Shown here: positions 7,445 to 18,039 of the stretch, piece after piece
Layout: each line of letters starts with the position of its first letter
Numbering within the stretch: the stretch's first letter is position 1
DNA from: a virus
Taxonomy: Duplodnaviria; Caudoviricetes
Virus record (IMG/VR): IMGVR_UViG_3300044580_000574
Span: 1-34,294 of that record
DNA: 34,294 bases
Direction: 5' to 3' (one strand)
The notes under the pieces: model-generated
The model's database searches: none
Seen by the model: the letters and a program-made list of their open reading frames with translations, nothing else
Told to the model about the DNA's origin: nothing
Program-made: the position numbers and the translations under genes

Positions 7445-9552
7445 TACTTCCACCTACCGACAGCCATCATTTTGATTTCAATATAGAGCGTTGATGTCCA
7501 ATTGCTTGATATTGCACAGCCCCATTTAGTTGTTTCAGCGCCAATAGAATAGACCTCAAATCTTGCTCCTCCTGGAGGTGGGCCACCCTCGGAGCCGGAG
7601 ACGGTAAGGCATGGCTTACTACTAACAAATGGGATGGCAAAATCATACTGATAAACAATCCCGCCACTTGGACCCGAGGAAGCTGGAATGGTAGTAGTCA
7701 CTTGCTGGTATTGAATTAGTGTTCCATCACTAAATTTTATGTACGTGCCATTAGAGTTCTGCCCGACTTCGACGATGCCAGCACCGACGGTAGTCTGAAA
7801 GCTTCCGATAGGTATTGAAGAAAAATACGAGTTGTCACGCTTATACCTGAAATACTTATCGGAGCCAGAAGCTATTACATAGGAAAGCAAGGTTTTACCG
7901 TTGCCTAGGACCGATGCCGCAATATCCGGCGCACTTCCTGATCCGACAGCCCATAAGTGGGAGTTTGAACCCCATGAACCTGAGGAATCCATTTTTTTGG
8001 AGTGCAGGTTTCTCGGGTTTCCATTTACTACGAAATAATAGCAGAGACTCTTATCAGGTCTTTTCGCTAGAGCGCTGACAAGAACGTTATCAGCGACAAG
8101 AACGGAAAATGCACTCCATGAACCTGAAGGACTCCTTGTAGCGACGATCGCGTAATGGTCGCTCGTTCGACTATAAATCATTACCACTTCGCCGGAATCC
8201 CGCCTGACAAGCGCGATATGATAGTTATATGTATTATCGCTACCAATTTGGGTAAAACTGGAATACGAACCATCTTCATTCACAATCAGTTCGTAAAAAA
8301 TTCCATTACTTTCAATAACGACGAGCGCCGTGGTATTCGATATAGCGCACATGCCGATGGCATCAATATAGCCGGGTGCAGTTATTGTTTGGATTTGCGC
8401 CCAAACGCCGTTCGTTTCCCTGGTAAATCTGACAATGCTAGAATTAACTGCGTCACATAAGAGCACTCTTCCGCTATTAAAGCAACATACAGGCCCAATA
8501 TTTTCCCAAGCATAGATGCTACTACTGACTTCATTCCCTGACGAATCAAACACGGTCGCGGAACACCAGGAGGCATAGGCGCGCCCAACGATAAGGACAC
8601 CTCCATCCATAAGCGGAGTTGAAAATAACTGGCCGTCAGCCTTTCCTGATAGAGGACTAAGTGTAAACGCGGTTTCATTGCCCCAGGTGCCGCTATCAAC
8701 CCAGGAACCTTCGTAGGAGACAATAGTTTTAATTAAGTTGGCATTGAGTGAGAGTATATCGGCGCTATTGAATGATGCCCCTACGCCGAAGAATCTCCCA
8801 TCGCCGCCAATGTATGCTCCTACTCCACCGCCGGGATTATTGCCATATTCATCATACCCCCCGGAAAAGATCGCTCCTGTGCTTTCCAGCTTCATTTTTA
8901 GCAAGTAAAGAAACTTCACCATAAGGGTTTCGAACGAAGTAGAGCCGCCAATATAGTGGCTTGATATTCCGTAACCGCGTTGCACGGCATCAAGAACATA
9001 CAGCCAGGTCCTAGCGATCTGATCAGGAGTCGGGCTAGGCAGCTTGTTCCAGATAGAAGCGCTGTATTGATACATCCCGCGCTCAGATACATCGGCAGAA
9101 TAAAAGACAGCAAGGCTTCCATTCTCCATCCCCTGAAGCGAAGCTCTGTCAGCATAGGGGAAAAGCCCTAGGCATTTTGGGGCATCGACTCCTTGCGCAC
9201 CCGGGAGTCCTTGCTTTTGTTTTGCCAGGCTGAAGCGCTTTGTGAATGTCGGCCACCCTGCCCTGGTTGCGGTGAAATCGACAGAGCCAGTATCGGCAGT
9301 CATGCCTGTGACTGTGTAGGTCCTGACTGACAGCGAGCCTGTGATCCCGCTTGAAGCGGTCACTGACACCGAATAGAAGCTGGAAATATCATCGTTGCCT
9401 AAGAGGATTGAGAGTGTCGAAACCGTCCCAGAGAGGTCAGGGCTAGAGCCGTCTGAGTTGCAGGGAACAGGATGAGCCTCGTTAGAAAGAACCGCTACAG
9501 GAGAATCATTCTGATCATAGAGGGTTATGCTCCCAACGCCGACTACGCCCAC
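7444..9552 (-). CDS. Tail fibre / receptor-binding protein
   Basis: N-terminal Ig-like module, short GLPGAQG, beta-rich propeller-like middle, gp53-like C-terminus GQNSNGTYIKFSDGTLIQY; followed by a chaperone. Confidence 0.8.
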   Translation of the reverse strand: MGVVGVGSITLYDQNDSPVAVLSNEAHPVPCNSDGSSPDLSGTVSTLSILLGNDDISSFYSVSVTASSGITGSLSVRTYTVTGMTADTGSVDFTATRAGWPTFTKRFSLAKQKQGLPGAQGVDAPKCLGLFPYADRASLQGMENGSLAVFYSADVSERGMYQYSASIWNKLPSPTPDQIARTWLYVLDAVQRGYGISSHYIGGSTSFETLMVKFLYLLKMKLESTGAIFSGGYDEYGNNPGGGVGAYIGGDGRFFGVGASFNSADILSLNANLIKTIVSYEGSWVDSGTWGNETAFTLSPLSGKADGQLFSTPLMDGGVLIVGRAYASWCSATVFDSSGNEVSSSIYAWENIGPVCCFNSGRVLLCDAVNSSIVRFTRETNGVWAQIQTITAPGYIDAIGMCAISNTTALVVIESNGIFYELIVNEDGSYSSFTQIGSDNTYNYHIALVRRDSGEVVMIYSRTSDHYAIVATRSPSGSWSAFSVLVADNVLVSALAKRPDKSLCYYFVVNGNPRNLHSKKMDSSGSWGSNSHLWAVGSGSAPDIAASVLGNGKTLLSYVIASGSDKYFRYKRDNSYFSSIPIGSFQTTVGAGIVEVGQNSNGTYIKFSDGTLIQYQQVTTTIPASSGPSGGIVYQYDFAIPFVSSKPCLTVSGSEGGPPPGGARFEVYSIGAETTKWGCAISSNWTSTLYIEIKMMAVGRWK

Positions 9553-9563
9553 AGAATCACTGC

Positions 9564-10910
9564 CTAGTAGTTGGGGTTATTCGCATCGACATAGATCACA
9601 CCCATGCCGTCAATGTCATCGCCAGTCACCGCAAGCGCCGCAGTCCCGGTTGTCGTCTTCTGCCCGGCGGCAGCTCCGTTCCCGGCATAGACCCACATCT
9701 TGCCGCCAGCAAACTGATTGACGGTAGGGGCGCTTGAAGAAAAGCCGTTGACAGGCGAGCGAAGCACCGTGGTGGTCGTAGTCGAGCCAGAGCCGACTTC
9801 ATAGGATTTGATCGTGAGGCCGTCGGCTGAGATAAGCCTAATTACATCGCCAGCTACGAGCGCTGAAGAGAGCGCGGCATGGGTCACGTTGCCAGTAATC
9901 CCGGCGGTATTCGCGGATACTGCTTTCGCCGCACTTGTCCGGGTAGTATCGATGAACCCTGACTTAGCCCCTTCCTTGTCATAGAGCTTGGCGGTGAAGG
10001 TGTAAGCGGAAATATCAGTTACTTTCGTCCCGCCGTACCACACTTCAAAAGTCAGGTTTTTAGAGCCGTTGCCGTTCTGGAACACCTGACCGTTCGAGGC
10101 GTTCACCTTCACGTCATAGGGGTCTGAGACATCATAGACCACGAAGTTGGCGGTGAAGATATTGCTATCAGCGTCCTTTGCCTGGACCTGGAATAAGCCT
10201 ATGTCCGTGATCGCGTCTTCCCTGATCACGATGGACTTCACATCCGCCCAGGTTCCATCGGCGGGATTCGTGGCCGTGCCTCCGGCGGTGGTCTTGAAGG
10301 TGATCTTGCCGCCAGAGACAAGCGCGTGATTCGCGTCCAGCTGATTCTCAGGGGCATAGGGAGAGACAAACCATTTGTAGGTGACGCTTGTATCATCAAC
10401 GCCAGTGACGCGCATGAGATCGGCAAAAATCTGCGCGGTATTCTTAGACCCGGAAGCTGCCTTTTCAATCGCCGTCTGTCCCCGCACCAGGACATAAACA
10501 GCGTTCGAGCCAGCTTTTACGCAGTTGAGCGACAGCATCGCGTTGACGTGGGTTACAAGCCCGGTCACCGGGTCGGTGTAATCGCCTTCAAAGTAAATGT
10601 TGTAAATGGGGTTCGCTGGATCAATGTTAGTCGTTTTATTGATTGTCGAAACATTGGTTCCTAGATCAGTGCCGCCTAAGGTAGTTCCCCACTTTCGGTT
10701 AGAGAGGTTTCCTACGATGTTCACACCGTTCACATAGACATAGGCGGTCAGGACGTTCGCCGTGGACGCATAGTTGGGATTATACGAAGTCGAAGACTCA
10801 TCCTTGGTATACACCTGGGTGAGTCCCTTGGAAGCGCTGATTATCGCGGTGACAGGAGCCGCGTCATTATGATCGTAGAGGGTTATCTGCCCTGTGCTTA
10901 CTACACCCAT
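9564..10910 (-). CDS. Tail-associated beta-rich structural protein
   Basis: Thr/Gly/Ala-rich; DPYDVKVNASNGQVFQNG module typical of phage minor tail proteins; N-terminus paralogous to 7444..9552. Confidence 0.7.
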   Translation of the reverse strand: MGVVSTGQITLYDHNDAAPVTAIISASKGLTQVYTKDESSTSYNPNYASTANVLTAYVYVNGVNIVGNLSNRKWGTTLGGTDLGTNVSTINKTTNIDPANPIYNIYFEGDYTDPVTGLVTHVNAMLSLNCVKAGSNAVYVLVRGQTAIEKAASGSKNTAQIFADLMRVTGVDDTSVTYKWFVSPYAPENQLDANHALVSGGKITFKTTAGGTATNPADGTWADVKSIVIREDAITDIGLFQVQAKDADSNIFTANFVVYDVSDPYDVKVNASNGQVFQNGNGSKNLTFEVWYGGTKVTDISAYTFTAKLYDKEGAKSGFIDTTRTSAAKAVSANTAGITGNVTHAALSSALVAGDVIRLISADGLTIKSYEVGSGSTTTTTVLRSPVNGFSSSAPTVNQFAGGKMWVYAGNGAAAGQKTTTGTAALAVTGDDIDGMGVIYVDANNPNY

Positions 10911-10920
10911 TTCTGTACTC

Positions 10921-12099
10921 CTATTCTAGTATTTCCAGGGTATAAGTAGCCCTGGCGTTCATGCTGTCAGTTGTTACTTCAATTGTTCTATAGCCTGTCG
11001 CGTGATTCTGATTCCAGGTGAAATCGTCATTAGGGGGAAGAAGCGGAAAGAAGGACTGCCGTTTCCAGGAGAAAGCGGAATCAGGGAGTACGTCGGTTAT
11101 TTCCAGGCCGTTCTTAAACACCCTGGGGATGAGCGTTGTCGATACCGACTGCCCCGGACGGAATTTATCACCGTTCGTCGATTGAATATCCGTTGCGATA
11201 TTAGGCCGTATGTACCATACCCAATCCTGTAAGCTCCCTTCGTTCTCGCCGCGGTCGCGCATCGCGATATAAATTGCGCCGCCCTGGACCCAGAAATCCC
11301 CGGTGCTATACGGTCCAGAAGGGGTTTCCTCGCCATAGATGAAGCGGCTTGTCTCGTCATGGGTGGGATAGGGCGAGCCGTCCTCCTGGAACATTTCGCC
11401 CCTCACGATGAGCTTTGATTCTGACTCATCCCATTTCGCGCCGTTAAAGCCTTCATCGTAGCGCCCTATGACGACATCCCCCTCATGCTGACCGTCAACA
11501 AGAATTTTCAGCACGTCCTTGTAGGAAGATGAAAGGGAGTCCCATCGGCGGACCCTGAGCGCATGTTCAGCATCGGGAAAAACTTCAAGCTTTGATCTAT
11601 CCCCTTCGGCGGTTGCGTACCGTCCTCCAATAGAATCAAGCTTGTCTTTAGGGTTATACCCCGGCTCGAAGGTTGCTGAAGCGCCAATGTAGACCGGGTC
11701 CCTGGCGATAACGCGGAAGAGCGAGCTTTCATCATTCGTGACAAGTTCGCCTAGAAAGCGCGCGCCTGTGATAGGATTCTTCTGGTAATACTGCCCAGGC
11801 TCCACGACCGGGCTTACCCGTTCGACTGACAGCGCTCCTGAAACGCTTAAGTACACGAAATAGCTTTGGGATGGTCGTCGGGGAGTGAGCCAGAAATCGC
11901 TTCGCAGGGCAACTTCACTAGGAAGGCTTACGATCTTCCCGCGAATCGAGGCAACCCCTGGCGAGATATATGCGACAGCCTCCCTGATAGACAGGTCCAG
12001 CCCGAAGATATAGCCGGGGGGAAGGCCTGTGATCGCGGATTCCTGCCGCCGGGAAGTTTCGATTTGCTTTATTCGCTCAACGTCCGAAAGGGTTCTCAC
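10921..12099 (-). CDS. Tail-associated protein (fibre attachment / Ig-like C-terminus)
   Basis: GDFW motif and C-terminal IQSTNGDKF...FSWKRQS...DFTWN module seen in phage tail proteins. Confidence 0.65.
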   Translation of the reverse strand: MRTLSDVERIKQIETSRRQESAITGLPPGYIFGLDLSIREAVAYISPGVASIRGKIVSLPSEVALRSDFWLTPRRPSQSYFVYLSVSGALSVERVSPVVEPGQYYQKNPITGARFLGELVTNDESSLFRVIARDPVYIGASATFEPGYNPKDKLDSIGGRYATAEGDRSKLEVFPDAEHALRVRRWDSLSSSYKDVLKILVDGQHEGDVVIGRYDEGFNGAKWDESESKLIVRGEMFQEDGSPYPTHDETSRFIYGEETPSGPYSTGDFWVQGGAIYIAMRDRGENEGSLQDWVWYIRPNIATDIQSTNGDKFRPGQSVSTTLIPRVFKNGLEITDVLPDSAFSWKRQSFFPLLPPNDDFTWNQNHATGYRTIEVTTDSMNARATYTLEILE

Positions 12100-15000
12100 A
12101 AAAGCTTAAGTCTCCTGAAGGTCTTCTCCATCTGCCGCCTTGAATTCAATGACCGGGATTTATACCCGGCACTTTTTTTCTCCGCCTTTGTCTTCTCATC
12201 TAAGGCCTGGTAGTAAATCCCTTGCGCCCTCTTATACCGTTCCTCTTTCTCATCTACATTCGTTGCTCGTATTCCTGCATAGAAGGAAAGGGCGTTCCAG
12301 AGCGCCCTCGTCTTATCAGCGTTTGTCGCTTGCTTACCGACTTCTGAAAGTAATACATCTGTATCAATGTTCAATACTTTTGTAACACTTTTTGGACCAG
12401 AAAGCAATCGGTCTATGGTCCTAATTTGCGGAGCTACCGCTCTGATCGCTTCAAGCACATTGCTGTCTACTAAGAGCCTTCCGTTCTCGCCGCGCTCGGC
12501 GGCCTTCTCTCCGAAAAGCCGCAACACCGAATCGGTCACCGCTAAGGCCATGTCCTCGGCAAGCCCTGAAGTCTCCTTTGTCCGCTTATCCCGATCATCT
12601 TTCTGAGCGTAGTCATACAGGGACAGCCCGGCTTTGATAAATGGATGGGCGGAATCGATCATCGTGGAAATAAAGGAATCAAAGCTGTTGCCGACCGCTT
12701 CTTTTAACGTCGAGCCTCCCCTGAAAGGAATTTTGTTTAGGTCATTCATGGGAAGCTGAGGGTACAAGAATATGATTTCGTCATCATCATTGCGGCCTAA
12801 CGGCACCGCGCCTTCTTCCCGCATGTAGGAGGGCATCTTCTCCATGTCCACGGATTCATCGCTGACGCTTTTAATAAGCTTCTGGGGGAGCGCCATCGTA
12901 GGCCAGTTCTCGATTGCCGTGATCTGCCCCACCTGATTGGCGATATTGCGCCTTAACCAGGTGTAGAAGGGGAATACCTTCTTTAGCGTGTTCTTTTCGA
13001 AGTCGGTTAAGTCTTCATAATCGATAAACCATTTTTTCGATTCATTCTTGGCGTATTCAAGCACAGAAGGGGAGATGGAGCCTTCCTTCGCCATCTTCTT
13101 AGCCCCTATGAGGAAGGAATCCATCTTGGCAAAGCTCTCGATGTGCGCCCCGACTTCCCGGGAGGCTTTGCCCACACGTTCAATGATGTTCTGCTTGCCT
13201 GTCCCTAATAGATCAACCACCGCCTCCTTGGTATCCCGGCCTCCGAAGCTTAACGATATGATGCCTTTCTTCCGGGCGTATTCGGCAAGCTCGCCTAAGG
13301 TGTGGCCGCCGTAGGTTTTAGAAAGGGCTTTTCTTACAAGCTCCTCTTTAAGCCCTAACTGCGCGGCTGCCTTTTCTATGCCGTTTAAGCTCACTAAGGT
13401 AGCGATTCCGGCATCCTTCGCGGTTTCTGCGTCGATTGCGTCAAAGCCGTGTTGCTGGAAGAGGGTCACCATGTTCGAATAGAAGTTCCGCAGGTGGAAT
13501 CCGGGATTGGAGGTCACGGTTGTCTTCCACAGGTGAGTGAAGCCTGAAAAGGCGTTTTGCAGTGCCTGGATATCCGGGTCATTGGAGGAAAACTTCAAAG
13601 TCCTGTCGATGATCGAGGCCACATGCTCATCAAAGAGGTAGCCGGAGAAATAATTGTCATCTACTTCCTCTAAGCCTAAGAGCGATGAGTACTCCTCCCA
13701 GGCCATGTTCTTTTGCATCGCCCGGCCTTCCTTGTGAGAGGCAAGGATATCTTTAGAGGCTTCATCTGAGTAGGCGATAAAGCCTTCTCCTTGCGTGTGA
13801 GGGCGGGAGAAGGGGTCTACATGCTGGCTCGGCACGCTGATCTCGTCGATCTTTATCCCGAAAGGCTTGAAAGCCTCGATCATGTCCACGCGTTTAGAAA
13901 GCTTATAGTGCTGTATCACCCTCGATGCCAGAATTTCATCCAAAGAAAGATTCGTGGAAGTGACATTATCGGCAAAAAGCCCCGCGATTTGCTCGTCCGG
14001 CATGTCCACGATATCGCGCAATGCCCCGGCTTGCGCCTGGATTGACCTAAATAGCCCCTTCTTCTTTGTCTTCGTAAAAGCCTGGGAGGAAGTGCCGATC
14101 TTACGCCCCGGACCTACAGGAGTCGGGGAAGCGCCTTGGGAGACAAAGGCAAGATAATCAGGGAGCGCGCGTATCTCATCGCTGTAGCCTAAGGAAGCCC
14201 ACACGTCTTCAGCCTGTTTTAGACTTCCAAAGACGCTAGTCACTTCCACGTCGATGCGCGCAAGGGCTTCTAAATTCTCATCCGACAGATCAATATTCTG
14301 CCCTGTTACTGTCTTTACTTTGTCAGATGCCGCCCGGATGAAGGTTGGAAAATCCATGTCCGCAAACTTCATCCGCTGCCCGATTTTCTCTTTTAAGCTC
14401 TTTAGGTAGACGTACTCCCTTTTATCCTCGTCGGTGAATTCAGAAAGCTTTTCTTTTATGTCTTTCACTGATTTCTGGATTGAGTACTGTGCGCTCTCAG
14501 ATGCGTCACGCGCTTTAATTTTAAGCATGGTCTCATAGGGGTTGGAGAAGCCTAAAAGCCTTCGCACTCTTCCTATGGGGGAATTATTCATTAACGACCA
14601 CCAGGCATCGGAATAGGTGGTCCCCTTTTTGTTTAAGACAGCCTGTTTGCTCCCCAGGGCTGTTTTGAAAGCATCCCACTGCTTCATCGCGGAATTAAAG
14701 CCTTCATGGGTGGATGAGTTTAATTCCTTTCTAAAGAGCTTGAAGGCCGACTCCCCCGCATGGTCGAGGACCGAAAAAGGATTATCCCACGCTCTAAGAT
14801 CAATCTTTGAATAAAGGTCCGAAGATTCTAAGTGCGTAAGAAGGCCGTTGTCGCTAGAAAACAATTCCCGAATCCGTGAATTTTTTATACCTGAAAGGAT
14901 ATCCTTTTCACCAGAGAGCTTTGCCCTTACCACGCGTTGGGCGGCATCTTCAATTTGGCTAGCATGCTCGTGCAGGAATTCCTGCTTTGCACGGGTCTTC

Positions 15001-15941
15001 TCGATAAGGAGCTTACGTAAAGTCTCCGATTCGTTGCCGACTATTGTCGAAAGGCTTCGCTCCGATGATGCTCCTTTGCTGTGCGCGTACTTAGAATAGT
15101 CTCCCTTTTTTGTGAGCGTCTCGATCCTGTCGTAAAGCGCCTTGTCATAGCTGTCCTTCCAGCCTTTAATCCTGGAATTCACCAGTTCCCCTTGGGGGTT
15201 ATAGGGCTTATCATCGAGAGCTTTTAGGAAATCCCCTTTTAGTTCGTCCTTGGATTTTCTAAGCGCCTCCTTGTAATACCGGGAATACTCCTTGGCGAAT
15301 GTTCCGTCTTTCGCCCATTTCCGGGCATACTCTAAGGCCTCTTTCGACTTTCCAGTCTTGCGAAGCGTTTCCAAAAATTCCTTGTCAAAGCCTTCCCGGA
15401 ATAACTTTAGATCAATGACAGGGTTCGCGGCTCTGGCGATCATCCGCATTTCAGCGCTTGCGCTGGCGGCGGCTTTGGCGGCGTTGGTCGCCCCAAAGCT
15501 GACATAATTCGCGGGGTCTAAGACGATATCGGCTAATGTGCCTGTCGCCCACCTAAAGGCCTTATTGCCGAAGGCTGGCGTTCCTCCCTTTACTCCGCCT
15601 TCTCCGAACATGCCTTTATAGGAGGCATCCTCCTCATCGCCCCAGAAGACCTTTCGAAAGCTTTTCTCTCCTTCCGGGGTGAAGCTTGTAAGGATGTCCT
15701 TCATGTACTCGGTAAAAGGGACCCTCTGGCCTCGAAGGGACTGCATGACATTTTCTGCCGTATTCGCGCTGATATTGTTCCCGATGGACAATAGATTCAG
15801 CGCCCATTCCACAGGCGTGTGGCGCTTCTCATCCTCCTCACGCTTGGCGCGGGACCACTGGACATAGGCCTTCGTCTCCGGGGATACGGAAGACTTCCTT
15901 CCGTACTTCCCTCGCTGATTCATATAGTCCTGATAGGTCAC
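12096..15941 (-). CDS. Large internal virion (ejection) protein
   Basis: 1281 aa, helical; NPGFHLRN and FPFYTWLRRNI motifs resemble large podovirus ejection proteins; last of four such genes. Confidence 0.7.
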   Translation of the reverse strand: MTYQDYMNQRGKYGRKSSVSPETKAYVQWSRAKREEDEKRHTPVEWALNLLSIGNNISANTAENVMQSLRGQRVPFTEYMKDILTSFTPEGEKSFRKVFWGDEEDASYKGMFGEGGVKGGTPAFGNKAFRWATGTLADIVLDPANYVSFGATNAAKAAASASAEMRMIARAANPVIDLKLFREGFDKEFLETLRKTGKSKEALEYARKWAKDGTFAKEYSRYYKEALRKSKDELKGDFLKALDDKPYNPQGELVNSRIKGWKDSYDKALYDRIETLTKKGDYSKYAHSKGASSERSLSTIVGNESETLRKLLIEKTRAKQEFLHEHASQIEDAAQRVVRAKLSGEKDILSGIKNSRIRELFSSDNGLLTHLESSDLYSKIDLRAWDNPFSVLDHAGESAFKLFRKELNSSTHEGFNSAMKQWDAFKTALGSKQAVLNKKGTTYSDAWWSLMNNSPIGRVRRLLGFSNPYETMLKIKARDASESAQYSIQKSVKDIKEKLSEFTDEDKREYVYLKSLKEKIGQRMKFADMDFPTFIRAASDKVKTVTGQNIDLSDENLEALARIDVEVTSVFGSLKQAEDVWASLGYSDEIRALPDYLAFVSQGASPTPVGPGRKIGTSSQAFTKTKKKGLFRSIQAQAGALRDIVDMPDEQIAGLFADNVTSTNLSLDEILASRVIQHYKLSKRVDMIEAFKPFGIKIDEISVPSQHVDPFSRPHTQGEGFIAYSDEASKDILASHKEGRAMQKNMAWEEYSSLLGLEEVDDNYFSGYLFDEHVASIIDRTLKFSSNDPDIQALQNAFSGFTHLWKTTVTSNPGFHLRNFYSNMVTLFQQHGFDAIDAETAKDAGIATLVSLNGIEKAAAQLGLKEELVRKALSKTYGGHTLGELAEYARKKGIISLSFGGRDTKEAVVDLLGTGKQNIIERVGKASREVGAHIESFAKMDSFLIGAKKMAKEGSISPSVLEYAKNESKKWFIDYEDLTDFEKNTLKKVFPFYTWLRRNIANQVGQITAIENWPTMALPQKLIKSVSDESVDMEKMPSYMREEGAVPLGRNDDDEIIFLYPQLPMNDLNKIPFRGGSTLKEAVGNSFDSFISTMIDSAHPFIKAGLSLYDYAQKDDRDKRTKETSGLAEDMALAVTDSVLRLFGEKAAERGENGRLLVDSNVLEAIRAVAPQIRTIDRLLSGPKSVTKVLNIDTDVLLSEVGKQATNADKTRALWNALSFYAGIRATNVDEKEERYKRAQGIYYQALDEKTKAEKKSAGYKSRSLNSRRQMEKTFRRLKLL

Positions 15942-17728
15942 CGTGCGCCGCCTACAAAGTTCTTAACGCCCCGGTCCTCAGGGTTGGAGCCATTCGGCTG
16001 CCGGACTCTGCCGAGGGCTAAGTCATTCATGTACTCTTCCCAGGAGGTATACGGCGCTGGCGGCGGGGCGGCGTTGGCATTGCCCCCTAGCACGCCTAGG
16101 TTAGGCTGACCTATCGCCTTTGTATCCTTTGACGCGGCAGGGGAGGTGAGAGAGTAGCGTTCCAGGGAGCCGGGACCGTTTATCATCTCGAAAGCACGCT
16201 TGGCGTTCTCGGCAAGGTCGGTTTTCCCCGAAGCGGCGAACCCGGTATAGTCCATGAAAAGGAATTTGGACGCTTCCGCGTTAATGAGGGCGGGGGAGGG
16301 ATTCGCCTTTCCGCTTGTCGCCGCAAGGCTCGCGCTTGCCGAATCGATGGCGGTGGTATAGGCGCTGGATGAGGAGGAATACACGCTGTCGATTGCCCCT
16401 TCGGTATCCTGCTTGCCGCGCATGGTGGTGATGGCTTGCTGTCCTGCGGCTTCAATCCCCGCTACATCGATTCGATTCTGGCGGTCCTTACCAGCTTCCT
16501 CTGCCTCATAGCCTTGCTGGTCATTCTGAAGGGCAAGATCAAGGCCGTACTTCTTATCGAGGGCGGAAAAGTCTATCGCGCCCTTTTCTCTCATCATGGA
16601 AAGATCGTGCAGAAATTCTTTTTCAAGCCGTGCATCCTGGGAGGATGTCCTAAATTTCTCCAACGCCATTTCCTGGTCCCGGTCAAGCTGGTTCTGCTCC
16701 TTGGTAAAGGAAAGTTCGGTAGTAAGCTGATTGTCCTGGAATTCCTGCTGGTCATCCTGCAAGGCGCTCTCATGCGCCTGGGTGTCATTAAGGAGGGCTT
16801 CATCAAAGCCGTATTTGGTTTTTAAAAGCTCTGCGTCAATAACACCCTTTTCTTTCATCACGGCGATATCGTTTAGAAGTTCCTGCGCCATGCGGGAGTC
16901 CAGCTTACTTTCTTTAAACGAGGTTAATCCCCATTCCTGGACTCTATTTAACCGTGCCTGATTCTCCGTAAAGTCCTGCGCGTCATCCTGCATCGCCGCT
17001 TCATGCGCCTGGGTGTCATCTAATAGAGAAAGGTCAAAATTATATTTAGTCTGTAATAGCTCAGTGTCGATAACACCCTTTTCCCGCATGAGCGCGATGT
17101 CATTGAGTAACTGGCTGGCGGTCCTGGAATCAAGTTTATTTTCCTTGAACGAGGTAAGCCCCCATTCCTGAACCCGGTCAAGCTTTTTCTCCTCAGACTG
17201 CCATTCCTGGGAATCATCCTGCATGGCCTTTTCATGGGCTTGAGCGTTCTCTTGCAGGGCTTCGTCATAGCCGTACTTTTCTTTAAGGTGGGTAGAATCA
17301 ATGGAACCCTTTTCCCGCATGGCGTTAATGTCATTCCAGAATTCCGTTTGGAGCCGGGAATCGAGCTTGCTTTCCTTGAACGCGGTAAGTCCCCATTCCT
17401 GCGCCCGGTCAAGCCGCTTTTCTTCCGATGTCCACACGCGTTCTGACGCGGCTTCCGCTGATCGGTTTTCATGCTCCCTCTGCACGAGTTCCAGGGCGTT
17501 TTTGTGGGCTGACTCCTCCCGTTTCGGGGCAAGCTTTAGGCTGTCATAGACATCAAAGCCCGCTTTCGCAAGGCTTCCGGCGCTCTGCAACGCGCCTGTG
17601 ATATTCCCGAAAAGATTCTGGCGCTTTTCCATGGCAAGCCGTTCTTCTTCTCGGGCGTCTTCTTTTTTCTTTTGCCTCGCCCCGATCAATAGTTGCAGAG
17701 AGGCGTTATTCGCGTCAAAGAGTCCCAT
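15938..17728 (-). CDS. Ejection / DNA-pilot-like protein with 77-aa repeats
   Basis: Gln/Glu/Asp-rich coiled coil with tandem 77-aa repeats; position among internal virion genes. Confidence 0.7.
   Translation of the reverse strand: MGLFDANNASLQLLIGARQKKKEDAREEERLAMEKRQNLFGNITGALQSAGSLAKAGFDVYDSLKLAPKREESAHKNALELVQREHENRSAEAASERVWTSEEKRLDRAQEWGLTAFKESKLDSRLQTEFWNDINAMREKGSIDSTHLKEKYGYDEALQENAQAHEKAMQDDSQEWQSEEKKLDRVQEWGLTSFKENKLDSRTASQLLNDIALMREKGVIDTELLQTKYNFDLSLLDDTQAHEAAMQDDAQDFTENQARLNRVQEWGLTSFKESKLDSRMAQELLNDIAVMKEKGVIDAELLKTKYGFDEALLNDTQAHESALQDDQQEFQDNQLTTELSFTKEQNQLDRDQEMALEKFRTSSQDARLEKEFLHDLSMMREKGAIDFSALDKKYGLDLALQNDQQGYEAEEAGKDRQNRIDVAGIEAAGQQAITTMRGKQDTEGAIDSVYSSSSSAYTTAIDSASASLAATSGKANPSPALINAEASKFLFMDYTGFAASGKTDLAENAKRAFEMINGPGSLERYSLTSPAASKDTKAIGQPNLGVLGGNANAAPPPAPYTSWEEYMNDLALGRVRQPNGSNPEDRGVKNFVGGAR
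16490..17434 (-). repeat. Tandem 231-bp (77-aa) repeats: three full copies, a 33-bp insert and one degenerate copy
   Basis: Anchor ccccattcc recurs at 16929, 17160 and 17391 (231-bp period). The left end of the degenerate copy is approximate. Confidence 0.9.
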
Positions 17729-17740
17729 GTAGTTCTATCC

Positions 17741-18019
17741 TTATTTAAAAAGCCCGATGATCGCCCCGAGTACGCCTAAGCCAGCGCCGATTACCTGCCC
17801 TCCGGGGATGACTGACGCAAGGCCGCCTAACGCGCCTAACGCGCCGCCTGCCCCTGTCGCAAAGCCGCCTTTGGCCTGTTTTGCTTTCTCTGCTTCCGAT
17901 TCATCGCGCAACGTCCTCTCTTTCCGGGCTTTAATGAGCGCGTCCTGGCTGGACGCAAGCGAGCCGAATAAATCATGCTCTCTCTCTTCCCCTGTAAGCG
18001 AAGTTCCAAAAAATGACAT
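17741..18019 (-). CDS. Small glycine-rich membrane-active ejection protein
   Basis: C-terminal GGALGALGGLASVIPGGQVIGAGLGVLGAIIG glycine-zipper-like hairpin. Confidence 0.6.
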   Translation of the reverse strand: MSFFGTSLTGEEREHDLFGSLASSQDALIKARKERTLRDESEAEKAKQAKGGFATGAGGALGALGGLASVIPGGQVIGAGLGVLGAIIGLFK

Positions 18020-18039
18020 CTTGCTTTTTCCTTTATTCC

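Noticed and set aside
7444-9552. Diversity-generating retroelement or invertible tail-fibre cassette
   Set aside because: I saw no reverse transcriptase, template/variable repeat pair or invertase near the fibre.
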